64,000 nt of DNA from an uncultured Chloroflexia bacterium (GTDB taxonomy: Bacteria; Chloroflexota; Anaerolineae; JAAYZQ01). Below, piece by piece: positions 27,211 through 39,288 of the stretch. The notes beneath the pieces were generated by a model. It was not told the origin of the DNA. It saw only the letters and a list, made by a program, of their open reading frames with translations, and did no database searches. The stretch is from the NCBI GenBank assembly GCA_963700285.1, contig CAVOXA010000010.1:224001-288000 (forward strand). The letters are read 5' to 3'. The stretch's first letter is position 1. The number at the start of each line of letters is the position of its first letter. The translations under genes were made by a program, and so were the position numbers.

Positions 27211-28684
27211 GCTGGCCGCGGTCCTCCGCTCGGAATTCACCGCTACCAATAGCCGGCGAGAGGTGATCTATGTCGCCCTGGCCGCCGCAGAAATCTGCTG
27301 GGCGGCGCCGGTGTTCCTCCTTGCGGTCCAGTCCAGGAGCCCCCATCCACCCTACTCTCTATGGCTGGCAATGCTGGCACTGCTGCTGGGCTTCTTTTAC
27401 GTCTACCGCCTGGTGATGAGAGCCGGCCTATCGCTGCGGCGCCTGCAAGGGACGTTCGTCGGAGTCCTGCTGGTGAGCATTGTCCTGATGCTGCGCTTTC
27501 ACGTCTATGCTGATGCAGGGCTGAGCGGTATCGATTGGTTCCTGCAACCAATTCGCAGCTTTACGACTCTGACCTCGGGCGTCCCCCTCGAATTCATTGC
27601 CATGCTCACGCTCACCTACCTGTGGGCCAGGGGCATCCACCTGGCCCGCCGAAGCCTCTCGGCCACGAGCGTGGGCTTTAGTTTTCGCTCCGGGGTGATC
27701 GTCCTGATCGGCGTCACCCTGGCCATCAGCCTGCTCACTCCTGCAGACCTGTTGGGCTTTATCATCCTCTACTTTTTCTTTGCGCTGCTGGCGGTAGCGC
27801 TGGCCCGCGTCGAGGAGGTCAGCCGGGCGCCCAACAGCACCCGCGTGCGTTTCAACGGCTTTTGGATCGGTGCGACCATCGCTTCGGTCGGCATGTTGAT
27901 CGCCGTGGGCATCGGCGTATCCATCCTCTTTTACGGGGGTACCCTGGAGGTGGTACTGCGCTGGTTGCTGCCGCTTCTGGTTGTATTCCAGGTCCTGATC
28001 GTCGGCCTGGGGTACATCTTCTTCAAGGTGGTTGAATTCATCCTCACCCTGATCCCGATAAATTGGGACGCGCTCCAGGCAGCCCTCCAGAATATGGCGG
28101 CAGCCTTTGGCAATCTGTCGCCGCCGATTACCGAGACTGCCGAGGTTGATCCCGAGGCCATGCAGCGCACCATGGGAGCCGTGCAAGCATCGTGCCTCAC
28201 AGCCATCATCATTGTGATCATCCTGGTCGTCGTCGTGCTCACCTGGCGGAAGCTGATCAAGGATCGGGACCAGGCCGCGAATGAATCGAGGGAATCGATC
28301 ATGTCGGCCAGCGTGCTGGCCAACAGCCTGCGGGCCATGTTCCAGGCCGGCCGGGACCGGTTGAGCCAATTGGCTGGACTGGTGGACCAGTTTGGCCTGG
28401 GCCCCCAGCTCTTGTCAGCCATCACCATCCGCCGCATCTATGCCAACCTGGTGCGCCTGGCCAGCAAGGGCGGCTATCCCCGCCTGGGGTCTCAGACCCC
28501 CTACGAATACCGGGAGACGTTGCGGGAGGCATTTCCGGGCCGGGAAACGGACGTCGCCCTGATTACCGATGCCTATGTCAGCGCCCACTATGGGCAGCTA
28601 CCCGATAACCGGGAAGCGCTGCAGCAGATCCGCGAATGCTGGGAACGGATCCGTTCCCAAGGCATCCACGTGCCAGAACGTTAG
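27200..28684 (+). CDS. Membrane protein with C-terminal DUF4129-like domain
   Basis: Multiple TMs; IRRIY...G.PR..SQTPYEY...IT.AY..AHYG. Confidence 0.8.
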   Translation: MSNRLAAVLRSEFTATNSRREVIYVALAAAEICWAAPVFLLAVQSRSPHPPYSLWLAMLALLLGFFYVYRLVMRAGLSLRRLQGTFVGVLLVSIVLMLRFHVYADAGLSGIDWFLQPIRSFTTLTSGVPLEFIAMLTLTYLWARGIHLARRSLSATSVGFSFRSGVIVLIGVTLAISLLTPADLLGFIILYFFFALLAVALARVEEVSRAPNSTRVRFNGFWIGATIASVGMLIAVGIGVSILFYGGTLEVVLRWLLPLLVVFQVLIVGLGYIFFKVVEFILTLIPINWDALQAALQNMAAAFGNLSPPITETAEVDPEAMQRTMGAVQASCLTAIIIVIILVVVVLTWRKLIKDRDQAANESRESIMSASVLANSLRAMFQAGRDRLSQLAGLVDQFGLGPQLLSAITIRRIYANLVRLASKGGYPRLGSQTPYEYRETLREAFPGRETDVALITDAYVSAHYGQLPDNREALQQIRECWERIRSQGIHVPER

Positions 28685-28717
28685 GATGTATAGAGTGAGA
28701 GAGGGGGAAACCCATTT

Positions 28718-29320
28718 TCACCGAAGCCACTGCGGAGGCCCAGGCTGCCGCGCGATCAGCCGCGAGTTATGGTCGTCCTCGGCCCCATCCTCTGGCGCGC
28801 CGTCCGTGTCGTACACGATCTCCAGCCCGGCGGCGCGGGCCAACCGGCCCAACTCGCCCGGTTGCAGCAAATAGTCCGAGTCAAAGTCTGGCCGCGCGGC
28901 CAGGAATCGCTGGTTGCGATTGGCCTGGAACAAAAGCCCGCCGGGGCGCAATCCGGCGGCCAGGGCGGGCATGAGGGCACGGTTCAGGTAAAAGAACACG
29001 ACGATCAGGTCATAGCGCGCGGGGGGGACCCGCCAGCGGGATAGATCAGCCTGGACAAGGTTGATCGGCAGCCCGCGCCGCACCGCCTCGACCCTGGCCT
29101 TGCCCAGGGCAAAGCCACTTGCATCCACGGCATCAACCCGGTAGCCAAGAGAAGCCAGATAGAGGGCGTTGCCGCCAAAGCCGCAGGCCACGTCCAGAGC
29201 CCGTCCCCCTGCCAGCAGGAGGTGATGCCGGGTTAGAAAGGGCTTGGGCTCGAAATGAGCCGGACCTTCCCCCGCCGCATACTTTCGGTCCCAACGCTCG
29301 CTGTCGGACTCACCCCTCAT
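28718..29320 (-). CDS. Class I SAM-dependent methyltransferase (TehB-like)
   Basis: RWDRKY and ALDVACGFGGNA motifs. Confidence 0.85.
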   Translation of the reverse strand: MRGESDSERWDRKYAAGEGPAHFEPKPFLTRHHLLLAGGRALDVACGFGGNALYLASLGYRVDAVDASGFALGKARVEAVRRGLPINLVQADLSRWRVPPARYDLIVVFFYLNRALMPALAAGLRPGGLLFQANRNQRFLAARPDFDSDYLLQPGELGRLARAAGLEIVYDTDGAPEDGAEDDHNSRLIARQPGPPQWLR

Positions 29321-29460
29321 GTGCTGGATCCAAGGCTCCTGAGAGAATCATGGGTTAACCGCGGAGGCACGGAGAACACAGAGGACATTAAAGGACATCA
29401 AAAGGCAGAACAACTTCCATGAACTCTGGCTCTGCGCCGAGAACCTGTATGGGGCAGCAC

Positions 29461-30369
29461 TCAACAGATCAGGCGCAGGCACTGGGGGAACAACTCGATC
29501 TCGAAGCGGCGGGCTCCGACGCCATAGATTTCGCCATCCGCTTGCGCCGCCCAGGGCGAGTCGCTGACAATCGTCACCTTCCGGCCCTGGGTCATTGTGA
29601 TTGCCGGGTCAGTGACGTGGGTGCCACGCATGAACCGGGGCAGCCAGGACACCATCTTGGCCCGATCCACTTTGCTGGCAATACACAGATCCAGCAGGCC
29701 ATCGTCCATCCGGGCCTCGGGGGTCATGTAGAATCCGCCCCCCATCCTCCGCCCGTTCATCACAGAGACCATCAGGCTGAGCTGGACGAGTTCGTCGTCG
29801 TCAATCTGGATTAGGGTCTCGGGTGCGTAGTAGTAGTAGGCCAGTGTCCTGACGACCGCCACAAGGTACAGGAGGTAACCACGGAGCCGCTTGATCTTGC
29901 GGCTTTCGATGTTGGCTACAGCATCAAAGCCAACACCGGTGCCGTTGCCAAAATAGAGGGGCTCCTCGTCGTCGGCCTTGATGCGGCCCACATCTACCAG
30001 GCGGGTACCGCACCGAGCCACAACCTGGCAGGCCTCCCGCGGGTCCAGGGAAAGGCCGGCGCCAAAAGCAAAATCGTTTCCGGTACCGATGGGGATTATG
30101 CCCAGGGCCGTGCCATCCGGGCCGGCGTTGGCCTGCATCAGGCCGTTGATGGCCTCGTTGGCCGTGCCGTCGCCGCCCACGGCAATGACCACCTCCCGGC
30201 CCCGGGCAGCGGCTTCGCGGGCCAGGGACCTGGCATGGCCGGGAGCGTCCGTAGTAAGCAGTTCAAGATCAAGGCCACTACTTTCCAGCCAGCCGGTGAT
30301 CCGCGTCGCAAGGAGGGCGCCGGACCCTCGGCCGGCAGCCGGATTCAAGATGACAGTCGTTTTCGACAT
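29461..30369 (-). CDS. Diacylglycerol kinase-family (YegS/BmrU) lipid kinase
   Basis: NPAAG, GGDGT, GTGNDF, QADGE motifs. Confidence 0.9.
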   Translation of the reverse strand: MSKTTVILNPAAGRGSGALLATRITGWLESSGLDLELLTTDAPGHARSLAREAAARGREVVIAVGGDGTANEAINGLMQANAGPDGTALGIIPIGTGNDFAFGAGLSLDPREACQVVARCGTRLVDVGRIKADDEEPLYFGNGTGVGFDAVANIESRKIKRLRGYLLYLVAVVRTLAYYYYAPETLIQIDDDELVQLSLMVSVMNGRRMGGGFYMTPEARMDDGLLDLCIASKVDRAKMVSWLPRFMRGTHVTDPAITMTQGRKVTIVSDSPWAAQADGEIYGVGARRFEIELFPQCLRLIC

Positions 30370-30461
30370 GGCTGCCTTTCTGGCTACGATCTGGCTACGA
30401 ATTCCACCATATGACAACACCCAGAACGGAAAGAAGTTACTACCGTCCCCTTTGCCAGGAC

Positions 30462-30503
30462 GATCCTCCCGCAGGCTGCGACTTGATGGAGCCTGCGGGA
30501 GGC
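30462..30503. repeat. Short CCTCCCGCAGG palindromic repeat
   Basis: GATCCTCCCGCAGGCT...AGCCTGCGGGAGG. Confidence 0.8.
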
Positions 30504-30660
30504 TCTCGATAGACCGAAAGGTAGTTACTTGGGGCACAACCTTTGACCATTCACCAGGAAAATGGTATGATAGCAGGCAATTGGCCAACAACACTCAACT
30601 TGTCAGCTTGCGGCTCATGGCAGCATCTGGCTGAATGCTGAAAGCTGACGGCGGTACGAC

Positions 30661-31293
30661 GTGAGACTACAGGGCTCTCGGGTTACCATCCGGCCCATGG
30701 GGCAAAAAGACATAGACGCGATGATCAGATGGCGTCCCTTTGCCGACCCCTTGTACCAACCCTTTGACTTTCCCCGCAACAGCAAGGCCGATCAGGTCCA
30801 GTGGTTCAACTGGCGAAACCAGGATGCCGGCCGGCGCCTCTATGCTGTCGAGGATGAGGCGGGCCGGGTCATTGGCAGCCTGACGCTGCGCGAGATCGAC
30901 GGGCGGCGGTCGTCCCGGCTGGGGATCACCCTGGGCGCCGATTTTGTCAGCCAGGGCTACGGCAGCGAGGCGATGCGTCTTTTCCTGGACTACTACTTTG
31001 AGGAGCTGGGCTTCGCCCGGATGGTCCTGGACGTGGCCGCCACCAACCTGCGGGCGGTTCGTGCCTACCGTGCCCTGGGCTTTCAGCGGATAGGCCACCA
31101 CTACCGGCCCGCCAACCACAAGAGCTACCGCACCGTCCGCAAAGATCCACGCTACCGCCACCTGCGTCACTTTTTCCAGCACCAGGGCACCTCGTACCAG
31201 GTACTGTTCTACGACATGGCCCTGACCCGCGAGGAATGGCTCGCCACACGCGAGGAGCAGGTCGCCACCTCTGAAAACAAGGCAGGTCCATAG
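30661..31293 (+). CDS. GNAT (RimJ/RimL-like) acetyltransferase
   Basis: QGYGSEA and N.RA.RAY..LGF motifs. Confidence 0.85.
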   Translation: MRLQGSRVTIRPMGQKDIDAMIRWRPFADPLYQPFDFPRNSKADQVQWFNWRNQDAGRRLYAVEDEAGRVIGSLTLREIDGRRSSRLGITLGADFVSQGYGSEAMRLFLDYYFEELGFARMVLDVAATNLRAVRAYRALGFQRIGHHYRPANHKSYRTVRKDPRYRHLRHFFQHQGTSYQVLFYDMALTREEWLATREEQVATSENKAGP

Positions 31294-31390
31294 GGATCTG
31301 GCTGCGAATCGCGCCTCCGCTCAAAAGTCCTCAGAGGCTTTCCCCGAACAGGTCCGGGAACCCCATCAAGTGTCGGTAAGTGTCGGTGAT

Positions 31391-33545
<2,155 letters not shown>

Positions 33546-33683
33546 GGAACCCTCTACAAGCTTGAGATAGAACCAGTATACACCAGAAGGCTGATATAGA
33601 AAAAGAGGGCAGGGACCCGAGTTGGCCCGCACCTCTCGCCCAGGTTGGCCGCACACACCGCGCCAGGATTAAACATAAAAAGG

Positions 33684-33815
33684 GTAGACAGTAGACAAAG
33701 TAGACAAGGAGACAGACTATTATTTTGTCTACTATCCATCTCCTCCTGGCCCAAAAGGTCGAATGGTAGACAAAAGAGGGGGATGTCACCCCTGTCTACT
33801 TGTCTACTTGTCTCC
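33684..33815. repeat. Cluster of GTAGACA heptamers in both orientations
   Basis: Seven exact copies (33684, 33691, 33700, 33766 forward; 33726, 33793, 33801 inverted) and two degenerate copies. Confidence 0.9.
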
Positions 33816-33958
33816 CATTCGGCTGTAGTCATATGGCTGTTCCGGGCATCCAGACTGCACCTGGTTGGTCGCTGTGCGGCGCACAGCCCAGTTGCGATAG
33901 CTCGGGAACTGACAGGGTGTCCAGGGCATGGGGGCTGCTTTTGGTTGATTCTAAGGGT

Positions 33959-33987
33959 AGTATAGCACAAATGTTCTATTTTGTCAA
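33959..33987 (-). promoter_or_regulatory. Sigma70 promoter with a LexA-box-like site in the spacer
   Basis: Minus strand TTGACA-aaataGAACatttGTGC-TATACT; 17-bp spacer. Confidence 0.75.
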
Positions 33988-34146
33988 GTGTTTGTGTTCA
34001 GAATTCGTTCAGATGCTCACCACAGAGGCACGGCCAGATGGAAGGCTGGTACAGCGGATGAGCGGGATTGGCGGATCTTCGCCCGGTAGTCCAGGGCCGA
34101 GTTCTGGGGGCAGATGCTGGCTGGCTGGATTGGGATACGCGACTTC

Positions 34147-34986
34147 TTAGTCGAGATCGCAATCTGTCCTGTCCTCAAAGAGGGTCAACTGTTGAGCCTG
34201 GCCGCCGGGTATATCGTGCAAGGTGCGCGATACCATCTCCTTACCCTCTGGCCCGCCTAACTGATTGATCATCTGTGTGATCTCCGGCATACAGTACTTG
34301 ACGAACGACTCACGGACTTCTTGGCCTGGGTAACGCAGCACTTCCCAACCGTCCAACTGGAGCTTGCGATCTCGACTCCGGTCTTTGGCCCAACGGACCG
34401 GATCAGTGTGGTAGTGTACTCCATCAGTCTCAACGTCAATCTTGCCACGCTCACAGAAGATGGCAAAGTCCAAGCGGTACCAACCATCTTGAAGGACGAC
34501 ATTCCACTGGCGCTCAGCTCGAATACGCAGGCTTTTGAACTCGGCCCATACGCGGTCCTCGAGCGGGCTGTCGTCAAAGATATCATTGATGTCTCTAGCC
34601 TGGAAGAACTTTCGCTGAGTGGTGGGGACAAAAACAATGCGATGCCCACGTTTGCCGCGTATGGGGCGGGGAAGCAGGTCCAGACTATGGAGCCGGAGCT
34701 GGTAGTACTCTCGTTCCGACTTGGAATTGACTACTTCATTCGGAAACAGCTCCTTTCGCCTGCGAACACGTATGTCGCGAACGAGACCATAGTATCTGAC
34801 GGCCCAACGTTCATCACCAAAGACCTTGGTCTGCCAAAAGGCCAACCACCTGGGCGGCCAGCGTCTAGGTACCTTGTCGACAGGGATCCGATACCAGAGC
34901 TGATCTCGCAAAATACCAAAGTCGCGCTCGTTGTTCATGATAGCGATGAGCACCTCGCCTCGGCCCGATTCTGGTTTTTTGGTCAT
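34147..34986 (-). CDS. DUF559/Vsr-like endonuclease with an N-terminal WYRIP domain
   Basis: SPLE, ERQW, YRLDFAI, VETDG..YH, DR.RD..L..GWEVLRY. Confidence 0.85.
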   Translation of the reverse strand: MTKKPESGRGEVLIAIMNNERDFGILRDQLWYRIPVDKVPRRWPPRWLAFWQTKVFGDERWAVRYYGLVRDIRVRRRKELFPNEVVNSKSEREYYQLRLHSLDLLPRPIRGKRGHRIVFVPTTQRKFFQARDINDIFDDSPLEDRVWAEFKSLRIRAERQWNVVLQDGWYRLDFAIFCERGKIDVETDGVHYHTDPVRWAKDRSRDRKLQLDGWEVLRYPGQEVRESFVKYCMPEITQMINQLGGPEGKEMVSRTLHDIPGGQAQQLTLFEDRTDCDLD

Positions 34987-35720
34987 TCCGGCCTCCTGAC
35001 CCAGATCCAGCCTTCTTTTGTGGCCATCTGAAGGTCGTCGGGCTTTATCGCCCGCCCGCGGAGAAAGTCGAGTCCAGCCAGCACACAGAGGGCGGCATCC
35101 AGCGCGTCGTCGTTGTCCTCCATCAGGGTGCAGTCGGGAAGTAAGCTGAGGTGTTTGCCGAGGAACTCCAGGAGCGCTAGACGAGGGGCGCGTCCATCTC
35201 TCTTTTTGTAGCCCCGGGCGTCGATGCCGTAGGTGGCTAATGTGGCACCAGGGTAGACTTCAAGGACATGGATGCCGGCATCCAGTGGAGGCTGCCAGGC
35301 GAGGGGAATGGGCTGGCTGGTAGCCTCGCGCAGATCCTGGAGCAGGCCCAGCGCGGCGAGGGCGGTACGGGCGATGCGGTCGGCGCCGACGTCGAGGGGC
35401 AGTTTGCCGGTTGACTGCTTGACAGCCTTGTCGGTCAGGCGGCGGAACATGCTGTTGGCATCGAGGTGGATGGGGGCGCCGGCCTGATGAGGCTGAAGGT
35501 TCTGTCCCAGGCCGGCGGGCCAGCCCAGGGGAGCATCCAGAGCGAGCAAGGTGGGAGCGTCGGGGGAGGCCCTGGCGGCGACGGTGTCGACGAGGGAGCT
35601 GACCGTGGAGCCTATGATGACTTTCTCGATGCAGGTTGTACCTTCACGATCGTGGCCCAGGGCCAGCCCTACATTCTTGGGCTGTGTGGCGCAGTCGATG
35701 CCTATTATGGTGGTGGGCAT
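34983..35720 (-). CDS. DUF429-family predicted nuclease (RNase H-like)
   Basis: IGID, LDAPLGWP, EVYP, DALDA motifs. Confidence 0.85.
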   Translation of the reverse strand: MPTTIIGIDCATQPKNVGLALGHDREGTTCIEKVIIGSTVSSLVDTVAARASPDAPTLLALDAPLGWPAGLGQNLQPHQAGAPIHLDANSMFRRLTDKAVKQSTGKLPLDVGADRIARTALAALGLLQDLREATSQPIPLAWQPPLDAGIHVLEVYPGATLATYGIDARGYKKRDGRAPRLALLEFLGKHLSLLPDCTLMEDNDDALDAALCVLAGLDFLRGRAIKPDDLQMATKEGWIWVRRPE

Positions 35721-35804
35721 GGTCCTCCTCGTTCACCTTCCAGGAGGCTGGGAGCATCTTCGTCGCAGCTTGGAGGCCATACTAATTCATGACACTCGCT
35801 ATCG

Positions 35805-36876
35805 CTACGTCTTGAAGAGCTTGCTCCGGCCGCGGGTTTCGGGTTCGGCGGGCAGGGACTGATCTCGCTTGCGCTGACTGGCCCGATCCTGGGTAAACCA
35901 TTCCAGCCAATGAGCGGGGGCGTCGACATCCTCAGCGCCATGCTCGGTGATGCGCTGGCGAATCCGGCACAGCACCGGGGTATTGACTGCCGCCCCAGCG
36001 ACGATGGCCTGGCCCTTGGACAGCGCCGGCAGTTCTTTTAGTAGATCACGGCCCACACTCTCGACACTCTCGGCCACGCGGGCCTGGTCAACCGGGTTGA
36101 CAATGCGCAGGATGAATTGGGTCATGCACTGGGAGAGCACATCGGCGTCCAGCTTGCCGGGGCGCTGGCTGATGAGACCCACCGCCACGCCGAACTTGCG
36201 CCCCTCGGACAGGACGGTCTTGAGCACCTGCGAGCTGACCTGATCCGCCGCGGCCGGGGCAAAGTTGTGGGCCTCTTCGACAAGCACAAAGGCCGGGTAG
36301 GGGAGGTAGGTCTCCTCACCCTCGGCGGCCAGGCGCTTCTCCGTTTGCATCCGGGCGTGAAGCAGCCGTCGCAGCAGCGTGGCCACCACGACCTGCTGCT
36401 CTCGCTGATCGACCTCGTTGAGCTGCAAGACGGTGCACTGGCCCGGTCGGAAGAGCCGGTCCAGGGGCAGGCTTTGGAGGTTGTCAAAGATGCTGGAGCC
36501 TTCCAAACGTGAATTGATGCGCCAGATGACGGCATTGGCCGTGCCATAGTCCTCGCCCTGGGCCAGTTCTGCAGCTTGTTCTTCGATGCTCTGCTCGTCC
36601 TTGCCGCTCATTTGGCCTTCGACTTCGCGCACAGCCAGCCTGAACTGGGCCAGCGTCCACTTGGGGCCGTACTTGCGCCCGACGAGGTTGTAGGCCCGGC
36701 CCAGCACATAGTGCATCCGCTCCGATAGATCGGGCAGCAGATAGCGCAGGTCGCCCAACGTCAGGGACGAAACGCGCACCTTGACGTCGCCGGGGCGGAT
36801 GATCTCTACCCGGGGGCGGTACTCGTCGTCGGCGGCAAATTCATCCAATCCCTGCATTTGAGTCAGCGTGTCGTAT
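35805..36876 (-). pseudogene. 5'-truncated HerA/FtsK-type ATPase
   Basis: VEEAH Walker B, EGRKFG and SQRP are present. No Walker A or HAS barrel; homology stops at YDTL, where D.HGEY is expected. Confidence 0.8.
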
Positions 36877-37053
36877 CTTTGCTGGAATGGCTACTACACA
36901 TGGCCGATAGGCACGGCAACCTCACTGCGTCCCATCAGTTGCTGCCAATGTAGTCGGAGGGGCATGGGGTCTCTAGTGTACATATCCGCCAACACAAGTA
37001 GACCGCAACGGCTTTTCCAGGATTCCAGCCCCAATCCGTGATCCGGTGAAAAG

Positions 37054-37082
37054 ATTATAGCACTTGAGTACTCAAAAGGCAA
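37054..37082 (-). promoter_or_regulatory. Sigma70 promoter with a palindromic operator-like site
   Basis: TTGCCT-17-TATAAT with extended TG; TTGAGTACTCAA palindrome at 37064-37075. Confidence 0.6.
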
Positions 37083-37277
37083 AGTTGAGCACCTTGTCCA
37101 GTTTTCGGGACTTTGAGAAGTGTCTACTGTATTACCGCACGAGCGAACGCAAGGATATGGTTCGGGCGGCGCAGAGTAGGGAAGCCGAGGTTCGTGGCCC
37201 TACGCCTAGCTGAAGGCCTGGTACTACTCCCGAAAGCGAGTGCGAAAGAAACCATCTGGGGTGGATAAAACCGTCGT

Positions 37278-37390
37278 TACTTAACGAGATCTATCTGCAC
37301 TTTTATCCATCTGCGATCCGAGATCAAGGCCCGCAGGCTTCAACCTACCTGGAAGCCGGCAGCTTCCAGGTAGGTGAAGCGGTCGCCGGC
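37278..37390. repeat. 113-bp direct repeat, copy 1
   Basis: Ungapped match to 38400-38512 with about 22 mismatches; contains a 14-bp hairpin at 37343-37375. Confidence 0.85.
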
Positions 37391-37485
37391 TCCGGGCGAT
37401 GGCAGCCCGCGGCCGGCCCGCATGCTTTGGCAGCTACGCGGTGGGCAGTTATCTGAAACGAGGCCGGGTGGAGGGGTGATACCTC

Positions 37486-37679
37486 CTACGAGTCCCGCAG
37501 GTCTTTCCACATGCAGCAGCGCTTGTATTTCTTGCCACTGCCGCAAGGGCAGGGGGCGTTCCGGGCAACCCACTCCCTTGGGGGGCCGGCCATATCGTGA
37601 TCCCGGTCAAAGCCGTAGCTGATCGTGGCCAGATATGCACGCTCGGGTTGCTCTTTGCAGATAAGGGTATGAAACCCAC
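37486..37679 (-). pseudogene. SEC-C motif protein remnant
   Basis: [17 protein letters not shown]; the RBS and GTG start are out of frame with the motif. Confidence 0.65.
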
Positions 37680-37715
37680 CGGTTCCGCTCCTTTCCGGGT
37701 TCCATCTTTCAGATC

Positions 37716-38366
37716 TCAGTCAGACGTGCCCGTGCTCAACCGCTCCAGGCCACCCCAATCGGCCAGGAAGTAGAATTCAACGCCCGACAGCAGGCCGCCA
37801 TACCGCCGCAGCCACAGCTCCGGCACCTGCCGGTCGTTGCCAAAGACCAGAAACTTGGTCGACGCGCCGGTCTTTTCTAGCAACCAGACCTGTTCGGAGA
37901 TGACCGAGAACTTGGCCGGCGGCAGCCGCTGGCCGTGGACCAGGGTAAAGTACTTGGCATCGCCGGCGATGTCGCCCTTGGGGGACACCATGTCCCATTC
38001 CTTGGGCACGCCAGGCAACTGTCCGGGCGCCAGCGGAATGCCAAAGTGCTGACTCATCACAGCCCGCGCCAGATCCTCAAAGGCCCAGGGGCTGACCTGC
38101 CCCTCAACCCCGGCAGCCAGATCGCGGTACGAGGCCCGCCCCGGTGAGGCCAGTTGGACGGCGGGCGATTCGTCGGCCCAGAAGGTCCACTGTCGCCCCC
38201 GCTGCTCGCCACGGATGAGATGGGAGTACATCAGCTTCTGGGTAAGCAGATAGACCTGCTGGTGGGAGCCGATACCGGTGGCCTCCCGGATCTGGCCGTT
38301 GGTCGCATAGTCGGGCGAAATAGACCAGAGGTAATCGAGGATGCGCTCTTTACAAGTTCTGCTCAT
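37716..38366 (-). CDS. Hypothetical protein: wHTH-like N-terminus plus PD-(D/E)xK-like nuclease
   Basis: [16 protein letters not shown] helix-turn-helix; FE...WDMVS...GDAKY. Confidence 0.6.
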   Translation of the reverse strand: MSRTCKERILDYLWSISPDYATNGQIREATGIGSHQQVYLLTQKLMYSHLIRGEQRGRQWTFWADESPAVQLASPGRASYRDLAAGVEGQVSPWAFEDLARAVMSQHFGIPLAPGQLPGVPKEWDMVSPKGDIAGDAKYFTLVHGQRLPPAKFSVISEQVWLLEKTGASTKFLVFGNDRQVPELWLRRYGGLLSGVEFYFLADWGGLERLSTGTSD

Positions 38367-38399
38367 TGTCGTGCTCACACTCCACCAGGCGATCTGCTG

Positions 38400-38512
38400 T
38401 ACTTTTCGAGATCTGCCTGCACTTTTGTCCATCTGGGACCTGGGATCGAGCCCCACAGGTTTCCACTTTCCTGGAAACTACCAGCTTCCAGGAAGGTGAA
38501 GCGGTCGCCAGC
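38400..38512. repeat. 113-bp direct repeat, copy 2
   Basis: Matches copy 1 at 37278-37390. Confidence 0.85.
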
Positions 38513-38540
38513 CGGCCCAGTGATTCCTTTTCGCGTCCTC

Positions 38541-38966
38541 TCAACCCACCAGATGCACCCAGGGCAGTTCGTGCCGCACAGCATGAGCCAGGCGCCGGTC
38601 GGCGGTCCAGAACTCGCCGCCCAGCCACTCGGCCAGGGCCACATAGTGAGCGTCGCAGGCAGCCGGCAGGGAGAAGCGTTCAGCCAGATCGAGGGCACGG
38701 CGATGCAACTCGGGTTCACCGTACAGATGGAGCGGCAGGGCCAGGGCGGCTTTGAGGGCCATTCGCACCGACGGGGCGCCCATTAGGCCCAGCGCCTGGT
38801 AGCGGTACAGGGCATTGGCCACTTCGTAATAGAGCAGGCTGGGGGCGGCCAGATTCCGCCCTCCGGCGGCCCACTGCTCCCAGCATTGGTGGACAGTCTC
38901 GTCCGCCGGGTCAGCGACCAGACGGATGACCAGGTTGGCGTCAACGCAGAGCCACGAGGTACTCAT
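38541..38966 (-). CDS. vapC: PIN-domain toxin VapC
   Basis: VDAN, YEVANAL, DAHYVALA, WTAD motifs. Confidence 0.9.
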   Translation of the reverse strand: MSTSWLCVDANLVIRLVADPADETVHQCWEQWAAGGRNLAAPSLLYYEVANALYRYQALGLMGAPSVRMALKAALALPLHLYGEPELHRRALDLAERFSLPAACDAHYVALAEWLGGEFWTADRRLAHAVRHELPWVHLVG

Positions 38967-39243
38967 CCCGTTCCTCCCGCATCCCGCTCAGGATCTCTTC
39001 GGGCGGCGGCAGGGCACGCCCGCCCAGGTCGGCCTCGATCTGCGCCCGGGCCTGGCTGACCAATTCCTTCCAATCCTCCCGTGGTTGGCCTTGGAGCAAG
39101 CGCTCGTACCTTTCCACAGAGAGGACAACGACGGTGGATTTTCCTCCACGCTCGACGATGACCGGCTCACCGGTCTCCACGGCCTCGCGCATTAGCTCGC
39201 CAAAATGAATGCGCGCTTCAGTGGCACTGACCACTCGGTCCAT
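38941..39243 (-). CDS. Phd/YefM-family antitoxin
   Basis: VSATEARIHFGELM...EPVIVERGGK; overlaps vapC. Confidence 0.9.
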   Translation of the reverse strand: MDRVVSATEARIHFGELMREAVETGEPVIVERGGKSTVVVLSVERYERLLQGQPREDWKELVSQARAQIEADLGGRALPPPEEILSGMREERDEYLVALR

Positions 39244-39288
39244 GCTGGCCTCCTAATCGATTAATTGATTGATTGATTACTCAATACA

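Noticed and set aside
36880-37280. Group II intron fragment interrupting herA
   Set aside because: I could not identify a GUGYG 5' end in context or a domain V/VI structure.
37278-38512. Integron attC sites
   Set aside because: Copy 1 ends in GTTAAGT on the minus strand, but copy 2 lacks it, there is no matching RYYYAAC at a suitable distance, and no integrase is in the window.
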